DNA from: an uncultured Actinomycetes bacterium
Lineage (GTDB): Bacteria > Actinomycetota > Actinomycetes > Mycobacteriales > SCTD01
DNA length: 64,000 bases
Assembly: GCA_963784675.1 (NCBI GenBank)
Contig: CAWASE010000023.1
Span: forward strand, 23,792 to 87,791
Direction: 5' to 3'
The position numbers were made by a program, and so were the translations under genes. The notes beneath the pieces are model-generated. The model was given only the letters and a program-made list of their open reading frames with translations, made no database searches and was not told where the DNA came from. Shown one piece after another: positions 29,954 through 42,027 of the stretch (the first letter of the stretch is position 1; each line of letters opens with the position of its first letter).

Positions 29954-31154
29954 TCACTCGACCAGCCGGCGCACCACGGCGTCGGCCAACAACCTCCCGC
30001 GGAGCGTCAGCACGGCGCGTCCGGCCTCGTGCTCGACGGCTTCCAGCAGCCCGTCATCGACCAGCTGTGCGGCGGCCGAACGTCCGTCTGCCGACAGCAC
30101 CTCGTGGTCCAGACCCGACCGCAGCCGCACCTCCAGCAGGATCCGCTCCACGCGTCGGTCGGCCGCGCCCAGCACCTCACGGCCGGCCCCCGGCGAGATG
30201 CCGCTGTCCACCCGCGTCTGGTAGGTGCCGGGGTGCCGGACGTTCCACCACCGCACCCCGCCGACGTGGCTGTGCGCCCCGGGACCGATCCCCCACCAGT
30301 CGCCGCCCTGCCAGTAGCCGAGGTTGTGCCGACAGGGGACGCCCCAGTTGCTGACCTCGTACCAGCCGAGATCACCCAGGGTCCGCTCGGCCGCGAGATA
30401 CCGGTCGGCGAGCACGTCGTCGTCGGGCGCCGGCAGCACGCCCTTGGCGACCTGGCGGGCCAGGCGCGTGCCGTCCTCGACGATCAGCGCGTACGCCGAG
30501 ACGTGCGTCGGCGCCGCGGCCCGCACGGCGTCCAGGGACCGCTGCCAGTCGTCGTCGCTCTCGCCCGGCGTGCCGTAGATGAGGTCCAGGCTGACCTGCT
30601 CGAACCCGGCCGCGACGGCATCCCGGACGGCCTGCTGCGGGCGCCCCGGCGTGTGCGTCCGGTCCAGGATCTGCAGCACGTGGGGGACGGCGGACTGCAT
30701 GCCGAGCGAGATCCGGGTGAAACCGCCGGCGCGCAGGGCCGCCAGCGCGGCGAGGTCGACCGAGTCCGGGTTGGCCTCGGTCGTCACCTCGGCGTCGACG
30801 GCCAGGCCGAACTCCGCGCGGACGACGTCGAGCACCCGCACCAGGTCCGAAGGTGGCAGCAGCGTGGGGGTGCCGCCGCCGACGAAGACGGTGTCGACCA
30901 CGGGTGCGTCTGCCCCAGCACGCGTCGAGCCAGTCGCACCTCGGCGATGGCGGCGTCGGCGTAGGAGGCCTGGAGCGCACCGCCGCCGAGCCGCTGCCGA
31001 GGTAGGTGTTGAAGTCGCAGTAGCCGCACCGGGAGGCGCAGAAGGGCACGTGCAGATACAGCCCGAACGGGCGCGTGCCCAGTCCGTCCCTCGCCTGCGG
31101 CGGGAGCGAGCCGTCAGCGGGGACGGGCTCGCCGTCGGGCAGGACGCTGGGCAT
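29954..31154 (-). CDS. hemW: Radical SAM heme chaperone HemW (frameshifts near 30900-30990)
   Basis: YLHVPFCASRCGYCDFNTY, FVGGGTPT, TEANPDSV, DLIYGTPGES, YEVSNW, HNLGYW. Confidence 0.93.
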
Positions 31155-31169
31155 GCCGACCAGTCTGCG

Positions 31170-32459
31170 TCACGGCCTCGTGCCGTCCGGGGTCCGCGAG
31201 AGCGGCGGACGGGCGGCGGACGCGAGGCACGCGCCGGCCCCCAGCGCCACGACCACGGCCAGCAGCGCGTCCAGGATGCCGAAGCGGTCTGCGAGCAGAC
31301 CGATCAGCGGCGGACCGGCCAGGAAGGCGGTGTAGCCGATGCTCGAGACGACCGCGACCCGCACGCCGGCGTGGGCGCCCTCGTCGGCGGCAGCGCTCAT
31401 GCCCACCGGGAAGCCCAGGCTCGCCCCCAGCCCCCACAGCACGGCCCCGAGCAACGCCGTCGTCACCGAACCGCCGAAGACGAACAGCAGCACACCGCCG
31501 AGGGCGAGCAGGGCCGTCAGGCGCAAGCAGGCGGCCCGGCCGTAACGATCGAGCAGCGCGGTGCCGAACCACCGTCCGGTCGTCATGGCGGCGACGAAGA
31601 CTCCGAAACCCAGCGCGCCGACCTGCTCGCGGGTGTCCAGCCCGTCGACCAGGGCGACCCCGATCCACTCGTTCGCCGTCCCCTCGGTGAACGCGAAGGC
31701 CAGCACCAGCAACCCGATCGCGAGGGTTCGCGGCTCCCGCCACGCCTGCGCCGGACGCAGGCGGGTCGTCGGTATCGCCCCGTCGACGACGGGCACAGGC
31801 GCGAGGAAGCGACCGGCGGCCAGCCACACGACTGCTGCGGACAGGACCGCGACCGCCGCCAGGTGCGGCAGGGTGCCGATTCCGAGGTGCAGGCCGGCGG
31901 CGCCCACCAGCGCTCCGAGGACGGTGCCGATGCTGAAGCCCGCGTGCAGGCGCGGCATCAGGCTGCGGCCCAGCCGCCGCTCCACGGCAGCGCCGTGGAC
32001 GTTCATCGCCACGTCCCAGAGCCCTGACCCGACGCCGAGCGCGAGCAGGCCGACGACGACCAGACCGGTGGGCAGCAGTGCCGGACGACCTTCGCCGAGC
32101 GCACTGCCGGCGCCGACCAGGACCAGCCCGGCGGTAGCGACCAGGACAGCGCCGCGCACCGTCCTCGCCACGCCGAAACGGTGCTCGACCGCCCCGGCCA
32201 CCGGCAGGGCGGACACCGCCCCGGCAGCCAGGGCGAGCAGCACCAGCCCCAGCTGTCCCGGCGTCAGGCCCAGCGCCGCCTTCGTCGTGGGGATCCGGGC
32301 GACCCAGGTGGCGTAGACGAGGCCGTTGACGACGAAGGCGGCCGTCGCGGCGTAGCGGGCGTCGCGCAGCAGGCCGGCCGTGCCGACTGTGCCGACTGTG
32401 CCGACTGTGCCGGGTGTGGAGGCTGCTCGTCCTGCCCCGACGTCGACCACCTGGTTCAC
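31170..32459 (-). CDS. MFS transporter
   Basis: NGLVYATWVARIP, WDVAMNVHG, LHAGFSIG, EGTANEW, SSIGYTAFLAGPPLIG; about 12 TM. Confidence 0.9.
   Translation of the reverse strand: MNQVVDVGAGRAASTPGTVGTVGTVGTAGLLRDARYAATAAFVVNGLVYATWVARIPTTKAALGLTPGQLGLVLLALAAGAVSALPVAGAVEHRFGVARTVRGAVLVATAGLVLVGAGSALGEGRPALLPTGLVVVGLLALGVGSGLWDVAMNVHGAAVERRLGRSLMPRLHAGFSIGTVLGALVGAAGLHLGIGTLPHLAAVAVLSAAVVWLAAGRFLAPVPVVDGAIPTTRLRPAQAWREPRTLAIGLLVLAFAFTEGTANEWIGVALVDGLDTREQVGALGFGVFVAAMTTGRWFGTALLDRYGRAACLRLTALLALGGVLLFVFGGSVTTALLGAVLWGLGASLGFPVGMSAAADEGAHAGVRVAVVSSIGYTAFLAGPPLIGLLADRFGILDALLAVVVALGAGACLASAARPPLSRTPDGTRP
32380..32412. repeat. 9-bp tandem repeat (GTGCCGACT)x3.7
   Basis: Directly visible; encodes GTV repeats in the putative MFS N-terminus. 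Confidence 0.85.
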
Positions 32460-32494
32460 GGTACGTCCGGATCCGGGCTGGAGGATCGCTGGCC

Positions 32495-34519
32495 TCAGGC
32501 GAGCAGGTCCGGTGTCTGCCAGGGCTCACCGAGGACGTGCGTGGCCAGGAACGCCAGCACCGTCTCGTACCAGAGCCGCGCGTGCTGCGGCGTGAGGATC
32601 CAGTGGTTCTCGTCCGGGAAGTAGAGGAAGCGGTGCGGCAGGGCCGCCGGGTCCGGCGCCCGGGAGACCAGGTCCCACCACAGCCGCAGACCCTCGCCGA
32701 TCGGGACGCGGTAGTCCTTGTCGCCGTGGATGACCAGGACCGGCGAGGTGATCGCGTCGGCGTACCGGCTCGGGCTGTTGCTGCCCGCGTCATCTCAGGG
32801 GTCATCTCGCGGGACCAGTAGTAGGACGCGTCGGTCGTCCCGCCGAACTGCTCCAGGTCCCACAGGCTGGCGTGCGTCACGACGGCGGCGAAGCGGTCGG
32901 TGTGGCCGGCGATCCAGTTGGCCATGTAGCCGCCGAAGGAGCCGCCCATCGCGGCGGTGCGCGACGCGTCGACCGCCGGCGTGCTCCGCGGCGGCGTCGG
33001 TGAGCGTCATCAGGTCGGTGTACGGGCGCCGCCCCAGTCGCCCCAGCCCGCCGACCATGTCGCGGCCGTAGCCGGTGGACAGCGCCGGGTCGGGCAGCAG
33101 CACCGCGTAGCCGCGGGCCGCCATCAGCCACGGGTTCCAGCGCCAGGACCAGCCGTTCCACGACGACAGCGGTCCGCCGTGCACCCACAGCAGCAGCGGG
33201 TGCGGGCCGTCCCCCCGGGCGGGACGCCAGCCAGGATCGCAGCGGCGTGCCGTCCTGCGGCCGTGGCCGTCGACCTCGGTGAGCGCGCCGGACGGGGGCG
33301 CGCACGTGGCGGGCGACGGCAGCAGGACGGCACCCCGGGGCCAGCGGGTCGAAGCGGACCAGCCCCTGGCGCGGCGTCGAACGCGTCGCGGATCGCGTAG
33401 CCCGTCCGTCCGTCGGGAGCGACACGGACACTGCCGTAGTGGCCGTCGTCGGTCGTCAGCCGCATGACGTGCCCGGTCGCGACCTCGACGCGGAACACCG
33501 GGGCGCGGCCGCCGTCGTCCGCGGTCACCAGCAGGGCCGTGCCGTCGGGGGTCCAGGTGAGCTCGCTCGGCCACCGGTCCCAGCCGCGGCGAGCCGGCGC
33601 GCGGGAGCGGAGCCGTCGAGTGGGGACGAGCACGAGGTGGCGGTCCGGCGGCAGGTCGGGCGTGCTCCGCGTCTCCCGGACGAAGGCGACCGTGCCGCCG
33701 TCGGGGGACACCTGCTGGCCGCCGCAGTCGCTCGTCCCGTCATCGTGCAGCACGCGGCGTCCCCCGGTGGCGACGTCGATCGCGACCAGCGTCTGGCGGG
33801 ACGAACCGTACGGCTCGGCGACCGTCCACCTGGTGAGCACCGTGCGGCCGTCCGGCGTCAGCGCCGGAGCGGCGCCGTGCAGCGCGCGACCGGGGCTCGG
33901 GGTCAGGTCGCGCCAGACGACGGGACCGACCGCGCTCAGGTCGCCGACGAGCAGGCGTTCCTGGCCGGCTCCCAGGTCACGGTCCCAGTAGCCGGACCGG
34001 ATAGCCGCTGTGCAGGACCGCCTCGACCTTGGCGTCCTTGCGCGCCTTGCGCCGGGTCGCCTCGCTCTCGGCGTCCGTCGAGGCCGGCAGCGTGTCGCTG
34101 AGCACGACGACGACGCCGGCCTGCCGGGCGACGTCGTGCGCGCTGAACCCGCCGGGGCGCGTGCCCACGACGCGGGCCTCGCCCGACGAGGGCAGGGACC
34201 ACAGCGCAGCGGGAACGTCGTCCTCGGGCTCACCCTGCGGGTCCGGGCGCGCCGAGACGAACAGCACCTCGCCGTCCGGCGCGAAGACCGGACCGCCCTC
34301 GGCCTTGGCGCTGCGGGTCAGGCGCCGGGCCGGCCTCGCGCCGGCCGGGTCGACCTCCCACAGCGCCGTCAGCCACCGGGTGCCCTTGACGTCCAGCGTG
34401 GCGACGGTCGTGACCAGACGCGTGCCGTCCGGACTGAGGTCGAGTCCGGCGATGCGTGCCACGGCCGCGAAGGCAGCGAGGTCGCGGTAGGGATCGTCGG
34501 CAGCAGAGGGGTCGGTCAT
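32495..34519 (-). CDS. S9 prolyl oligopeptidase family serine peptidase (multiple frameshifts)
   Basis: Propeller repeats (SPDGTRL, SPDGGTVAF, WTPDG), LLWVHGGP, GGSFGG nucleophile, VIHGDKDYRVP, FPDENHWI. Confidence 0.9.
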
Positions 34520-34577
34520 CGCTGGAGCCTGCCATCTCGCGACCCTTCGCGGACCGGCTTCCTGGCTTGCGAGCCGG

Positions 34578-36401
34578 TTACTTGCCGGCGGTCTCGGCTC
34601 CGGTCGACAGCGCGGCGATGAACGCCTCCTGGGGAACCTCGACGCGGCCGACCATCTTCATCCGCTTCTTGCCCTCCTTCTGCTTCTCGAGCAGCTTGCG
34701 CTTGCGGGTGATGTCACCGCCGTAGCACTTGGCCAGCACGTCCTTGCGGATGGCCCGGATGTTCTCGCGGGCGATGACGCGCGCACCGATGGCCGCCTGG
34801 ATCGGCACCTCGAAGTTCTGCCGCGGGATGAGCTCGCGCAGCTTGGACGCCATCGAGGTGCCGTAGGCATAGGCCTTGTCCTTGTGGACGATGGCGGAGA
34901 ACGCGTCGACCGGCTCGCTCTGCAGCAGGATGTCGACCTTCACCAGGTCCGACGCCTGCTCGCCGGACAGCTCGTAGTCCAGCGACGCGTAGCCCTTGGT
35001 CCGCGACTTCAGCTGGTCGAAGAAGTCGAAGATGATCTCGCCCATCGGCAGCAGGTAGCGCAGCTCCACCCGGTCCTCGGACAGGTAGTCCATGCCCTGC
35101 AGCACCCCGCGGCGCCCTTGGCACAGCTCCATGACCGTGCCGACGTACTCGCTGGGCAGCAGCACCATCGCCTTCGCGACCGGCTCGAGGATCTCCGCGA
35201 TCTTCCCGCCGGTGGGCCAGTCGCTCGGGTTGGTGACCACGACCGTCTCTCCGCTCTCCAGCACCACGTTGTAGACCACGTTCGGCGCGGTCGAGATCAG
35301 CGCCAGACCGGCTTCGCGCTCCAGCCGCTCGCGCACGATCTCCAGGTGCAGCAGTCCGAGAAAGCCGACGCGGAAGCCGAACCCGAGCGCGAGCGAGGTC
35401 TCCGGCTCGTACACCAGGGCCGCGTCGTTCAGGCGCAGCTTGTCCAGCGCCTCGCGCAGCGCCGGATACTCGCTGCCGTCGAGCGGATACAGGCCGGAGA
35501 ACACCATCGGCTTGGGGTCCTGGTACCCGCCGAGCGACTCGGTCGCCGCGTTGCGCACGGTGGTGAGGGTGTCGCCGACCCGCGCCTGCCGGACGTTCTT
35601 CACCCCGGGGATCACATAGCCGACCTCGCCGGCCGACAGGAACTCCGTCGGTTTCATGTCCGGGCTGACGACCCCCACCTCGAGGATCTCGTGCGCGTTC
35701 TGCGTGCTCATCATCAGCCCGCGGTCCTTGGTCGACAGCTGTCCGTCGAACACGCGCACGTAGGTGATGACGCCGCGGTAGCTGTCGTAGACGGAGTCGA
35801 AGATCATGGCCCGGGCGGGGCTGTCGACCCGGCCCATCGGTGCCGGGATGTCACGCACGATCGCGTTCAGGACGTCAGGCACGCCCTCGCCGGTCTTGGC
35901 GCTGATCCGCAGGACGTCCTCGGGCTCACATCCGATGATCTTGGCGATCTCGATCGCGTACTTCTCCGGCTGCGCCGCCGGCAGGTCGATCTTGTTCAGC
36001 ACCGGGATGATGTGCAGGTCGTTCTCCAGCGCCAGGTACAGGTTGGCCAGCGTCTGGGCCTCGATGCCCTGCGCCGCGTCGACGAGCAGCAGGGTGCCCT
36101 CGCAGGCGGCCAGCGACCGGGACACCTCGTAGGTGAAGTCGACGTGGCCCGGTGTGTCGATCATGTGCAGGACGTAGTCCTTGCCGTCGTCGGCCGTCCA
36201 CGGCAGGCGCACGTTCTGCGCCTTGATGGTGATGCCGCGCTCACGCTCGATGTCCATCTTGTCCAGGTACTGCGCGCGCATCTGCCGTGCGTCGACCACC
36301 CCGGTGAGCTGCAGCATGCGGTCGGCCAGCGTCGACTTGCCGTGGTCGATGTGGGCGATGATGCAGAAGTTCCGGATGATCGACGGATCGGTGACAGGCA
36401 C
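34578..36401 (-). CDS. lepA: Elongation factor 4
   Basis: [53 protein letters not shown]. Confidence 0.98.
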   Translation of the reverse strand: MPVTDPSIIRNFCIIAHIDHGKSTLADRMLQLTGVVDARQMRAQYLDKMDIERERGITIKAQNVRLPWTADDGKDYVLHMIDTPGHVDFTYEVSRSLAACEGTLLLVDAAQGIEAQTLANLYLALENDLHIIPVLNKIDLPAAQPEKYAIEIAKIIGCEPEDVLRISAKTGEGVPDVLNAIVRDIPAPMGRVDSPARAMIFDSVYDSYRGVITYVRVFDGQLSTKDRGLMMSTQNAHEILEVGVVSPDMKPTEFLSAGEVGYVIPGVKNVRQARVGDTLTTVRNAATESLGGYQDPKPMVFSGLYPLDGSEYPALREALDKLRLNDAALVYEPETSLALGFGFRVGFLGLLHLEIVRERLEREAGLALISTAPNVVYNVVLESGETVVVTNPSDWPTGGKIAEILEPVAKAMVLLPSEYVGTVMELCQGRRGVLQGMDYLSEDRVELRYLLPMGEIIFDFFDQLKSRTKGYASLDYELSGEQASDLVKVDILLQSEPVDAFSAIVHKDKAYAYGTSMASKLRELIPRQNFEVPIQAAIGARVIARENIRAIRKDVLAKCYGGDITRKRKLLEKQKEGKKRMKMVGRVEVPQEAFIAALSTGAETAGK

Positions 36402-36481
36402 CGCTCCAGACTACGGACCGCCGGACCCGCCATCGGGTCCGCGCAGAGGGGCGCTGCTCGGCACTGCTCGGCCGGTCTCCC

Positions 36482-37324
36482 TCAGAGCAGTCTGGTCACC
36501 TCGACGACGACACCCAGCGACTGGGACCCGCCACCGGAGTACACGCCCTTGAGCGGAGTCACGTCGCCGTAGTCGCGACCGCGGGCGACGATCACGTGCC
36601 GGTCGCCGGCCGGCACGCCGTTGGTCGGGTCGAAGGCCCACCACCCTCCGAGCCAGACCTCGACCCAGGCGTGGCTCTCGCCGGTGACCATCTCCCCGAT
36701 CGCCGCGTCCGGGCGCGGGTGCAGGTAGCCGCTGACATAGCGCGCCGGCAGTCCTGCCGCCCGCAGCGTTGCCAGGCTGACGTGCGCGATGTCCTGGCAG
36801 ACGCCGGCGCCGAGGTCCCACGCCTCGGTCGCGGAGGTGGCGACGCCGGTGGTGCCCTGCCGGTAGGCGACCCGGTCGCGGACCGTCTCGCAGATGCTGC
36901 GCGCCGCCGCGTACGGCAGCTGGTCGGCCGTGAGGGTCGTGGCCAGGTCGGTCAGCGCCTCCCCGGGCAGGGTGCGGGGAGTCGGGGTGAGCAGCTCGAC
37001 GAAGCGGTCGCGGACGGCCTCGGTCGCGAGCAGGTCCCACCCGGGGGTCTCCGCCGGCTCGTCCGGGGTCGTCGTGTCGACGACCGACGTCGCCTGCACC
37101 TCCAGCGCCGTGTGCGGGACGTGCACGTCGAAGGAGGTGACCTGCGTTCCCCAGTAGTCCCAGTACCGCTGCTGCCGGCAGTCCGGTGTCGTCTGGACGC
37201 GGGCCTCGAGCGTCGTCTGCTCCAGGCCGGTCATCGGGGTGAGGCGCGCTTCGTTGTAGGAGCGACCCACCTCGGTGTCGTAGCGGTAGCCGGTGGTGTG
37301 CCGGATGCGCAGGCGCGCGCTCAC
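36482..37324 (-). CDS. Bacterial transglutaminase family protein
   Basis: LRIRHTTGYRY, SYNEARLTP, GVCQDIAH, ARYVSGY, SHAWVEVW, FDPTN, GRDYGDVTPLKG. Confidence 0.93.
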   Translation of the reverse strand: MSARLRIRHTTGYRYDTEVGRSYNEARLTPMTGLEQTTLEARVQTTPDCRQQRYWDYWGTQVTSFDVHVPHTALEVQATSVVDTTTPDEPAETPGWDLLATEAVRDRFVELLTPTPRTLPGEALTDLATTLTADQLPYAAARSICETVRDRVAYRQGTTGVATSATEAWDLGAGVCQDIAHVSLATLRAAGLPARYVSGYLHPRPDAAIGEMVTGESHAWVEVWLGGWWAFDPTNGVPAGDRHVIVARGRDYGDVTPLKGVYSGGGSQSLGVVVEVTRLL

Positions 37325-38259
37325 AGACCCGACTCCGCGGACCAGGCCAGGGCGCCGGCGTGGTGAAAGTAGCGGTGGCTCACCGCGTCGCCCACGTCGG
37401 AGCAGGTCTTCTGCAGCCCGTCCAGCAACGAGGGGAGATCGGCGAAAAGGTCCTCGGCCAAGCGGAACTCCAGGTCCGTGCGGGCCCGGCCGAGCATCCG
37501 GCGGGAGATGTCGTCGACCCCGGTCCGACCGGCGGTCGGGTCCAGCTCGGTGAGGCAGCGCTCGGCCTGCATCATGGCGGCATAGACCGACCGCGGGAAG
37601 AGCCGGTCCAGGACGAGGAACTCGACGACGCGCTCGGCCTCGACCGCAGACCGGTAGGTGCGCAGGTAGGCCTCGTGCGCGCTGCACGACTTGAGCAGCC
37701 CCACCCAGCCGGCGCTGACGTTGGGCTGCCCCGCACGCGCCCAGAGCAGGCGTGCGGTCATGTCGACGCGTTCCAGCGAACGACCCAGCATCAAGAAGCG
37801 CCAGCCGTCGTCGCGCGGCATGGTGCCGTCGATGAGCCCGGACACCATAGCGGCCCGCTCGCGGACGAACCGGAAGAACCCCGGCCCGCCGTGCCGGCCG
37901 GTGGCGGCCTGCTGGGCCGGCAGCGAGTGATACGTGGCGTTCAGGCACTCCCAGAGCTCGCTGGACAGCGCCTCGCGCACACCCCGGGCGTTCTCGCGCG
38001 CACCGGCCAGCGCCCCGACGATGCTCGTGGTGCTGCCTCGCTCGAAGGCCAGCAGCCCGGTGGTGCGCTCGGAGTCCAGCGCGCCCTCCGGCACCGGTAC
38101 GCCCATGACCTGGAGCAGGTCGCGGCAGGCCGTCGGCTCGTGCACCCACGGGTCCTCCAGCAGGGTGGCGACGTGCACGTCCAGCAGCCGGGCGGTGTCC
38201 TCGGCGCGTTCGGTGTAGCGGCCGATCCAGTAGAGCGACTCGGCGACCCGGCTCAGCAC
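37321..38259 (-). CDS. Alpha-E domain protein
   Basis: [42 protein letters not shown]. Confidence 0.93.
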   Translation of the reverse strand: MLSRVAESLYWIGRYTERAEDTARLLDVHVATLLEDPWVHEPTACRDLLQVMGVPVPEGALDSERTTGLLAFERGSTTSIVGALAGARENARGVREALSSELWECLNATYHSLPAQQAATGRHGGPGFFRFVRERAAMVSGLIDGTMPRDDGWRFLMLGRSLERVDMTARLLWARAGQPNVSAGWVGLLKSCSAHEAYLRTYRSAVEAERVVEFLVLDRLFPRSVYAAMMQAERCLTELDPTAGRTGVDDISRRMLGRARTDLEFRLAEDLFADLPSLLDGLQKTCSDVGDAVSHRYFHHAGALAWSAESGL

Positions 38260-39836
38260 GAGCGGGACCCGTCTCGCTGCTGCTGTTGTTGCTGTTGTTG
38301 CTGCTGCTGCTGGTCGGCGAAGGAGGCGTTGCCGGCGTCCATCAGGCGCGACGCACCACCGGTGAGCAGCGGCCCCGGCCGGTCGGGTCGGGCCTCGGTC
38401 TGGTCGTCGGAGGCGAGCACCCAGGTGTCCTTGCTCCCGCCGCCCTGGCTGGAGTTGACGACGAGCGAGCCCTCGGGCAGCGCCACGCGCGTCAGACCGC
38501 CGGGCAGCACCCAGACCTTCTCCCCGTCGTTCACCGCGAACGGCCGCAGGTCGACGTGCCGGGGCGCGAGGCGGTCACCGATGTGCGTGGGTGAGGTCGA
38601 CAGCTGCACCACTCCCTGGGCGATCCAGCCGCGCGGGTCTGCGGCGACCGCGGCCCGGAGCACGACGAGCTCCTGCTCCTGCGCCTGCGGGCCGATGACC
38701 AGACCCTTGCCGCCGGATCCGTCGACGGGCTTGAGCACCAGGCTCTCGAGGTTGTCGAGCACCCAGGCCAGCTCGTCAGGATCCTCCAGCCGGTGCGTGT
38801 CGACGTTCTTCAGTACCGGCTCCTCGCCCAGGTAGTAGCGCACCAGCTCCGGGACGTAGGTGTAGAGCAGCTTGTCGTCCGCCACACCGTTGCCCACCGC
38901 GTTGGCGATCGTGACGCGGCCGCCGCGCGCGGCATTGAGGATGCCGGGGCACCCGACCAGGCTGTCCGGCCGGAAGTGCAGCGGGTCCAGGAAGTCGTCG
39001 TCGATGCGTCGGTAGACGACGTCGACGCGCTGCTCCCCCTCGGTCGTCCGCATCCAGACGACTCCGTCGCGGCAGGTGAGGTCGCGACCCTCGACCAGCT
39101 CGACGCCCATCAGCCGGGCCAGCAGCGAGTGCTCGAAGTAGGCGCTGTTGTAGACGCCGGGCGTGAGCACGACGACCGTGGGGTCGTCCACCCCGGCCGG
39201 CGCCGCCGCCCGCAGCGCGTGCAGCAGCAGCTCGGGGTAGCCGTCGACGGGCTGGACCCGGTGGCTGGCGAACAGCTCCGGGAAGACCCGACCCATGGCC
39301 CGGCGGTTCTCGATGACATAGCTGACGCCGGACGGCGTGCGCAGGTTGTCCTCCAGGACGCGGAACTCCCCCTGCTCGTCGCGGATGAGGTCGATGCCGG
39401 ACACGTGCACCCGGACGCCGTTGGCGGGGTTGACCCCGTAGGCAGCGGTGACGTGGGCGCTGCTGCTCACGACGACCCGGCGCGGCACGATGCCGTCGGC
39501 GAGCACCTCCTGGCCTCCGTGGACGTCGGCCAGGAACGCCTCCAGCGCGCGTACCCGCTGCGCGACGCCGGTCTCCACGCGCTTCCACTCGTCGGACTCG
39601 ATGACGCGGGGGACCAGATCGAGCGGGAACGGCCGCTCCTCGCCGGACAGGCTGAAGGTGATGCCCTGGTCGCGGAAGGCGTGCGCCAGCGCGGTGGACC
39701 GACCGTCCAGGTCCTCGGCCGACATCGCCTCCAGCGCCGCGTGCAGAGCGCGGCTCTGCTCGTGCGGGACCCCCGGTGCGGCGAACACCTCGTCCCAGGC
39801 GCCGTCGACGCGGTAGCCCTCGAAAAGATCAGCCAT
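38253..39836 (-). CDS. Circularly permuted type 2 ATP-grasp protein
   Basis: [71 protein letters not shown]; poly-Q tail. Confidence 0.94.
   Translation of the reverse strand: MADLFEGYRVDGAWDEVFAAPGVPHEQSRALHAALEAMSAEDLDGRSTALAHAFRDQGITFSLSGEERPFPLDLVPRVIESDEWKRVETGVAQRVRALEAFLADVHGGQEVLADGIVPRRVVVSSSAHVTAAYGVNPANGVRVHVSGIDLIRDEQGEFRVLEDNLRTPSGVSYVIENRRAMGRVFPELFASHRVQPVDGYPELLLHALRAAAPAGVDDPTVVVLTPGVYNSAYFEHSLLARLMGVELVEGRDLTCRDGVVWMRTTEGEQRVDVVYRRIDDDFLDPLHFRPDSLVGCPGILNAARGGRVTIANAVGNGVADDKLLYTYVPELVRYYLGEEPVLKNVDTHRLEDPDELAWVLDNLESLVLKPVDGSGGKGLVIGPQAQEQELVVLRAAVAADPRGWIAQGVVQLSTSPTHIGDRLAPRHVDLRPFAVNDGEKVWVLPGGLTRVALPEGSLVVNSSQGGGSKDTWVLASDDQTEARPDRPGPLLTGGASRLMDAGNASFADQQQQQQQQQQQQRDGSRSC
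38277..38312 (-). repeat. CAG/CAA trinucleotide run encoding 12 Gln
   Basis: Directly visible. Confidence 0.95.
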
Positions 39837-40082
39837 GTCCGCAACCTAGTCAGCCTGCGTGTCGAGGGTGTGTCCGCCAGCACGCCCGTCACGACGGCAG
39901 GGCGCCTGGTGGTGCTGCTGCTAGTGTGCGTGGTCGACGTGCAGGCCGTCGGGGTGACTCGTGCCCCAAGCGCGCAACGGCCGCGTCCGCGCGGCCCTTC
40001 GCGCCGGACCGACGACCTGCCCCGACAGACCTGAGCCGCTCCACCGGGTGGCTCATCCCGAGCAGACCGAGGACGACTCAGC

Positions 40083-40358
40083 GTGGCGAACATCAAGTCG
40101 CAGATCAAGCGCATCAAGACCAACGAGAAGGCGCGGCTGCGCAACAAGTCGGTCAAGTCCGCGCTCAAGACCTCGGTGCGCAAGTTCCGCGAGGCCGCTG
40201 ACGCCGGCGACACCACGGCCGCCGCGACGCTCATGCGCGACGCGGGCAAGGCCCTCGACAAGGCCGCCAGCAAGGGCGTCATCCACGCCAACCAGGCCGC
40301 CAACCGCAAGTCCGCCCTCGCCAAGCGCGTCGCGCAGCTGCAGTCGACCAGCACCTGA
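40083..40358 (+). CDS. rpsT: 30S ribosomal protein S20
   Basis: [25 protein letters not shown]...[20 protein letters not shown]. Confidence 0.98.
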   Translation: MANIKSQIKRIKTNEKARLRNKSVKSALKTSVRKFREAADAGDTTAAATLMRDAGKALDKAASKGVIHANQAANRKSALAKRVAQLQSTST

Positions 40359-40415
40359 GCGTGGCGCTGCGTCGCCCGCCCCCCTAGGGCGCGGAGCGGC
40401 TGCTCGTCCCGTCGT

Positions 40416-40733
40416 TCACGACCTCGACCGGCGCCGTCCCTGCGGGACGGCGCCGTCGTCGTCGGGCGTCGAGGTACGGGTCGGTCCGGGGTGCAGGGCG
40501 CCGGCGAGGGCGTCGTGACCCTTGACGACGGCCGCCACCGTCAGCGGGAGCACGAGCAGGGTCCAGGCCGAGGCGACGTCGGCGAGCACGAGCAGTGCTG
40601 CGACAGCCACCGCGCCCTCGCCGAGCACGGCGCGCTGCCAGCCGTTGGGGCTGACATGGCGCAGCCGCAGGAGCCTTGCGTAAAGCGCAGGCTTGGGCGA
40701 CTCCCTAGCGGGCTGCGTGCGCGTCGGGCTCAT
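40416..40733 (-). CDS. Small membrane protein
   Basis: ATG overlaps the holA stop; PALYARLLRLRHVSPNGWQRAVLGEG...SAWTLLVLPLTVAAVVK; 2 TM. Confidence 0.7.
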   Translation of the reverse strand: MSPTRTQPARESPKPALYARLLRLRHVSPNGWQRAVLGEGAVAVAALLVLADVASAWTLLVLPLTVAAVVKGHDALAGALHPGPTRTSTPDDDGAVPQGRRRSRS

Positions 40734-41701
40734 CGCCCCTCGCCGCGGGCCTGGCAGACGGCCAGCAGCACCCGCTCGACGGCATAGCCCTGGTCGGCGG
40801 CGGCCCCCTTGACGTCGGCATCGGCCCGGGCGACGGCTGTCAGCGCCGCAGTGAGGCCCTCGGGGCGCCAGCCTCTCGCCTGGCGCTGGGTCTTCTCGAC
40901 CTTCCACGGCGGCATGCCCAGCTGCCCGGCCAGCTGGTGGGCCGGTGCCCGCCCGGCGGAGGCCACCATCGCCATCGCCCGCAGGGTGCTGGCCAGTGCG
41001 CTGGTGACCAGCACCGGCGCCAGGCCCGTGCTCTGCCCCCAGCGGGCCAGCTCCAGGGCGCCGTCGAGGTCACCGTCGACGGCCCGGTCGGCGACCGTGA
41101 ACCCGGAGGACTCGGCCCGACCCCGGTGGTAGCGGGCGACGGCTTCGGCGGTGATCGGCCCGTCGGTGTCGGCCCTGAGCTGCTCCGCTGCGCTGGCCAG
41201 CTCGCGCAGGTCGCTGCCGACGGCGTCGAGCAGCAGCCCGACGGCGTCCTCGTCGACCGGCCGGTTGCCCGCACGCAGCTCGCGACGCAGGAAGTCGCGG
41301 CGGTCTCCGAACTTGGTGATCTTCGGCGCGTCGATGCGGCGGGGCCTGCGGGCGAGCAGCGCGGTCAGCAGCGCCTTTCCCTTCGCCCCGCCGGCATGGA
41401 CGACCACCACGCTGACCTGGTCCTGCGGGTCCGCGAGCTGGGTGAGCAGCTCGCCGGCGAGGTCCTTGGCCAGGTCCTGCGCAGCACGGACCACCAGGAT
41501 CCGGCGCTCGCCGAACAACGAGGGGCTGAGCGCGTCGGCTAGGGTTCCCGGCTCCAGCTCAGCGGCGGTGAGGTCGGTGACCTCGACCGCCGGATCGGCC
41601 GAGCGGCCTGCACGGACGACCGCGGACACCGCGCGGGCGACCAGCAGCTCCTCGTCGCCGACGACGACCGTCAGCGGCGCGAGCAGGTCGTCGGCGGGCA
41701 C
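40730..41701 (-). CDS. holA: DNA polymerase III delta subunit
   Basis: VVGDEELLVARAV, SPSLFGE, HAGGAKGK, AVGSDLRELA, LGMPPWK, DADVKG. Confidence 0.94.
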   Translation of the reverse strand: MPADDLLAPLTVVVGDEELLVARAVSAVVRAGRSADPAVEVTDLTAAELEPGTLADALSPSLFGERRILVVRAAQDLAKDLAGELLTQLADPQDQVSVVVVHAGGAKGKALLTALLARRPRRIDAPKITKFGDRRDFLRRELRAGNRPVDEDAVGLLLDAVGSDLRELASAAEQLRADTDGPITAEAVARYHRGRAESSGFTVADRAVDGDLDGALELARWGQSTGLAPVLVTSALASTLRAMAMVASAGRAPAHQLAGQLGMPPWKVEKTQRQARGWRPEGLTAALTAVARADADVKGAAADQGYAVERVLLAVCQARGEGR

Positions 41702-42027
41702 GTCACATCTTCCCACGGCCTCTCGCTGCTGGCGTGCGCGCCCAGCGACGGACGCGGCCCGCAGCACCGTCCGCACGCCGAAGGGCGTGGCCCGCGTCGG
41801 GCCGAGCAGCGCTGCCAGCCCGCACAACGTGACGCCCTACCGGGCCCCGGGGGGGCGAGCCGCGCGTCAGAGTCGACGCACGCAGGCCGTGGCAGCTCCA
41901 GGCAGCGGCCAGGCCCCGGTCCTGCACCGACGACGCCGGTCACCGGCCCCATCGGCGGGGCGCAGTTCAGGACGCGGCCCGTCGTGCCGATACCCGACGA
42001 GAAGGTGCCGCAGCTCGCGGGTGGACG

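Noticed and set aside
38270-38320. Poly-Cys / poly-Leu ORFs on the plus strand
   Set aside because: Antisense readings of the poly-Gln codons.
41702-42027. Riboswitch (c-di-AMP or c-di-GMP) upstream of the ice-binding gene
   Set aside because: GC-rich hairpins are possible, but I could not match the conserved aptamer motifs by eye; an Infernal/Rfam scan is needed.
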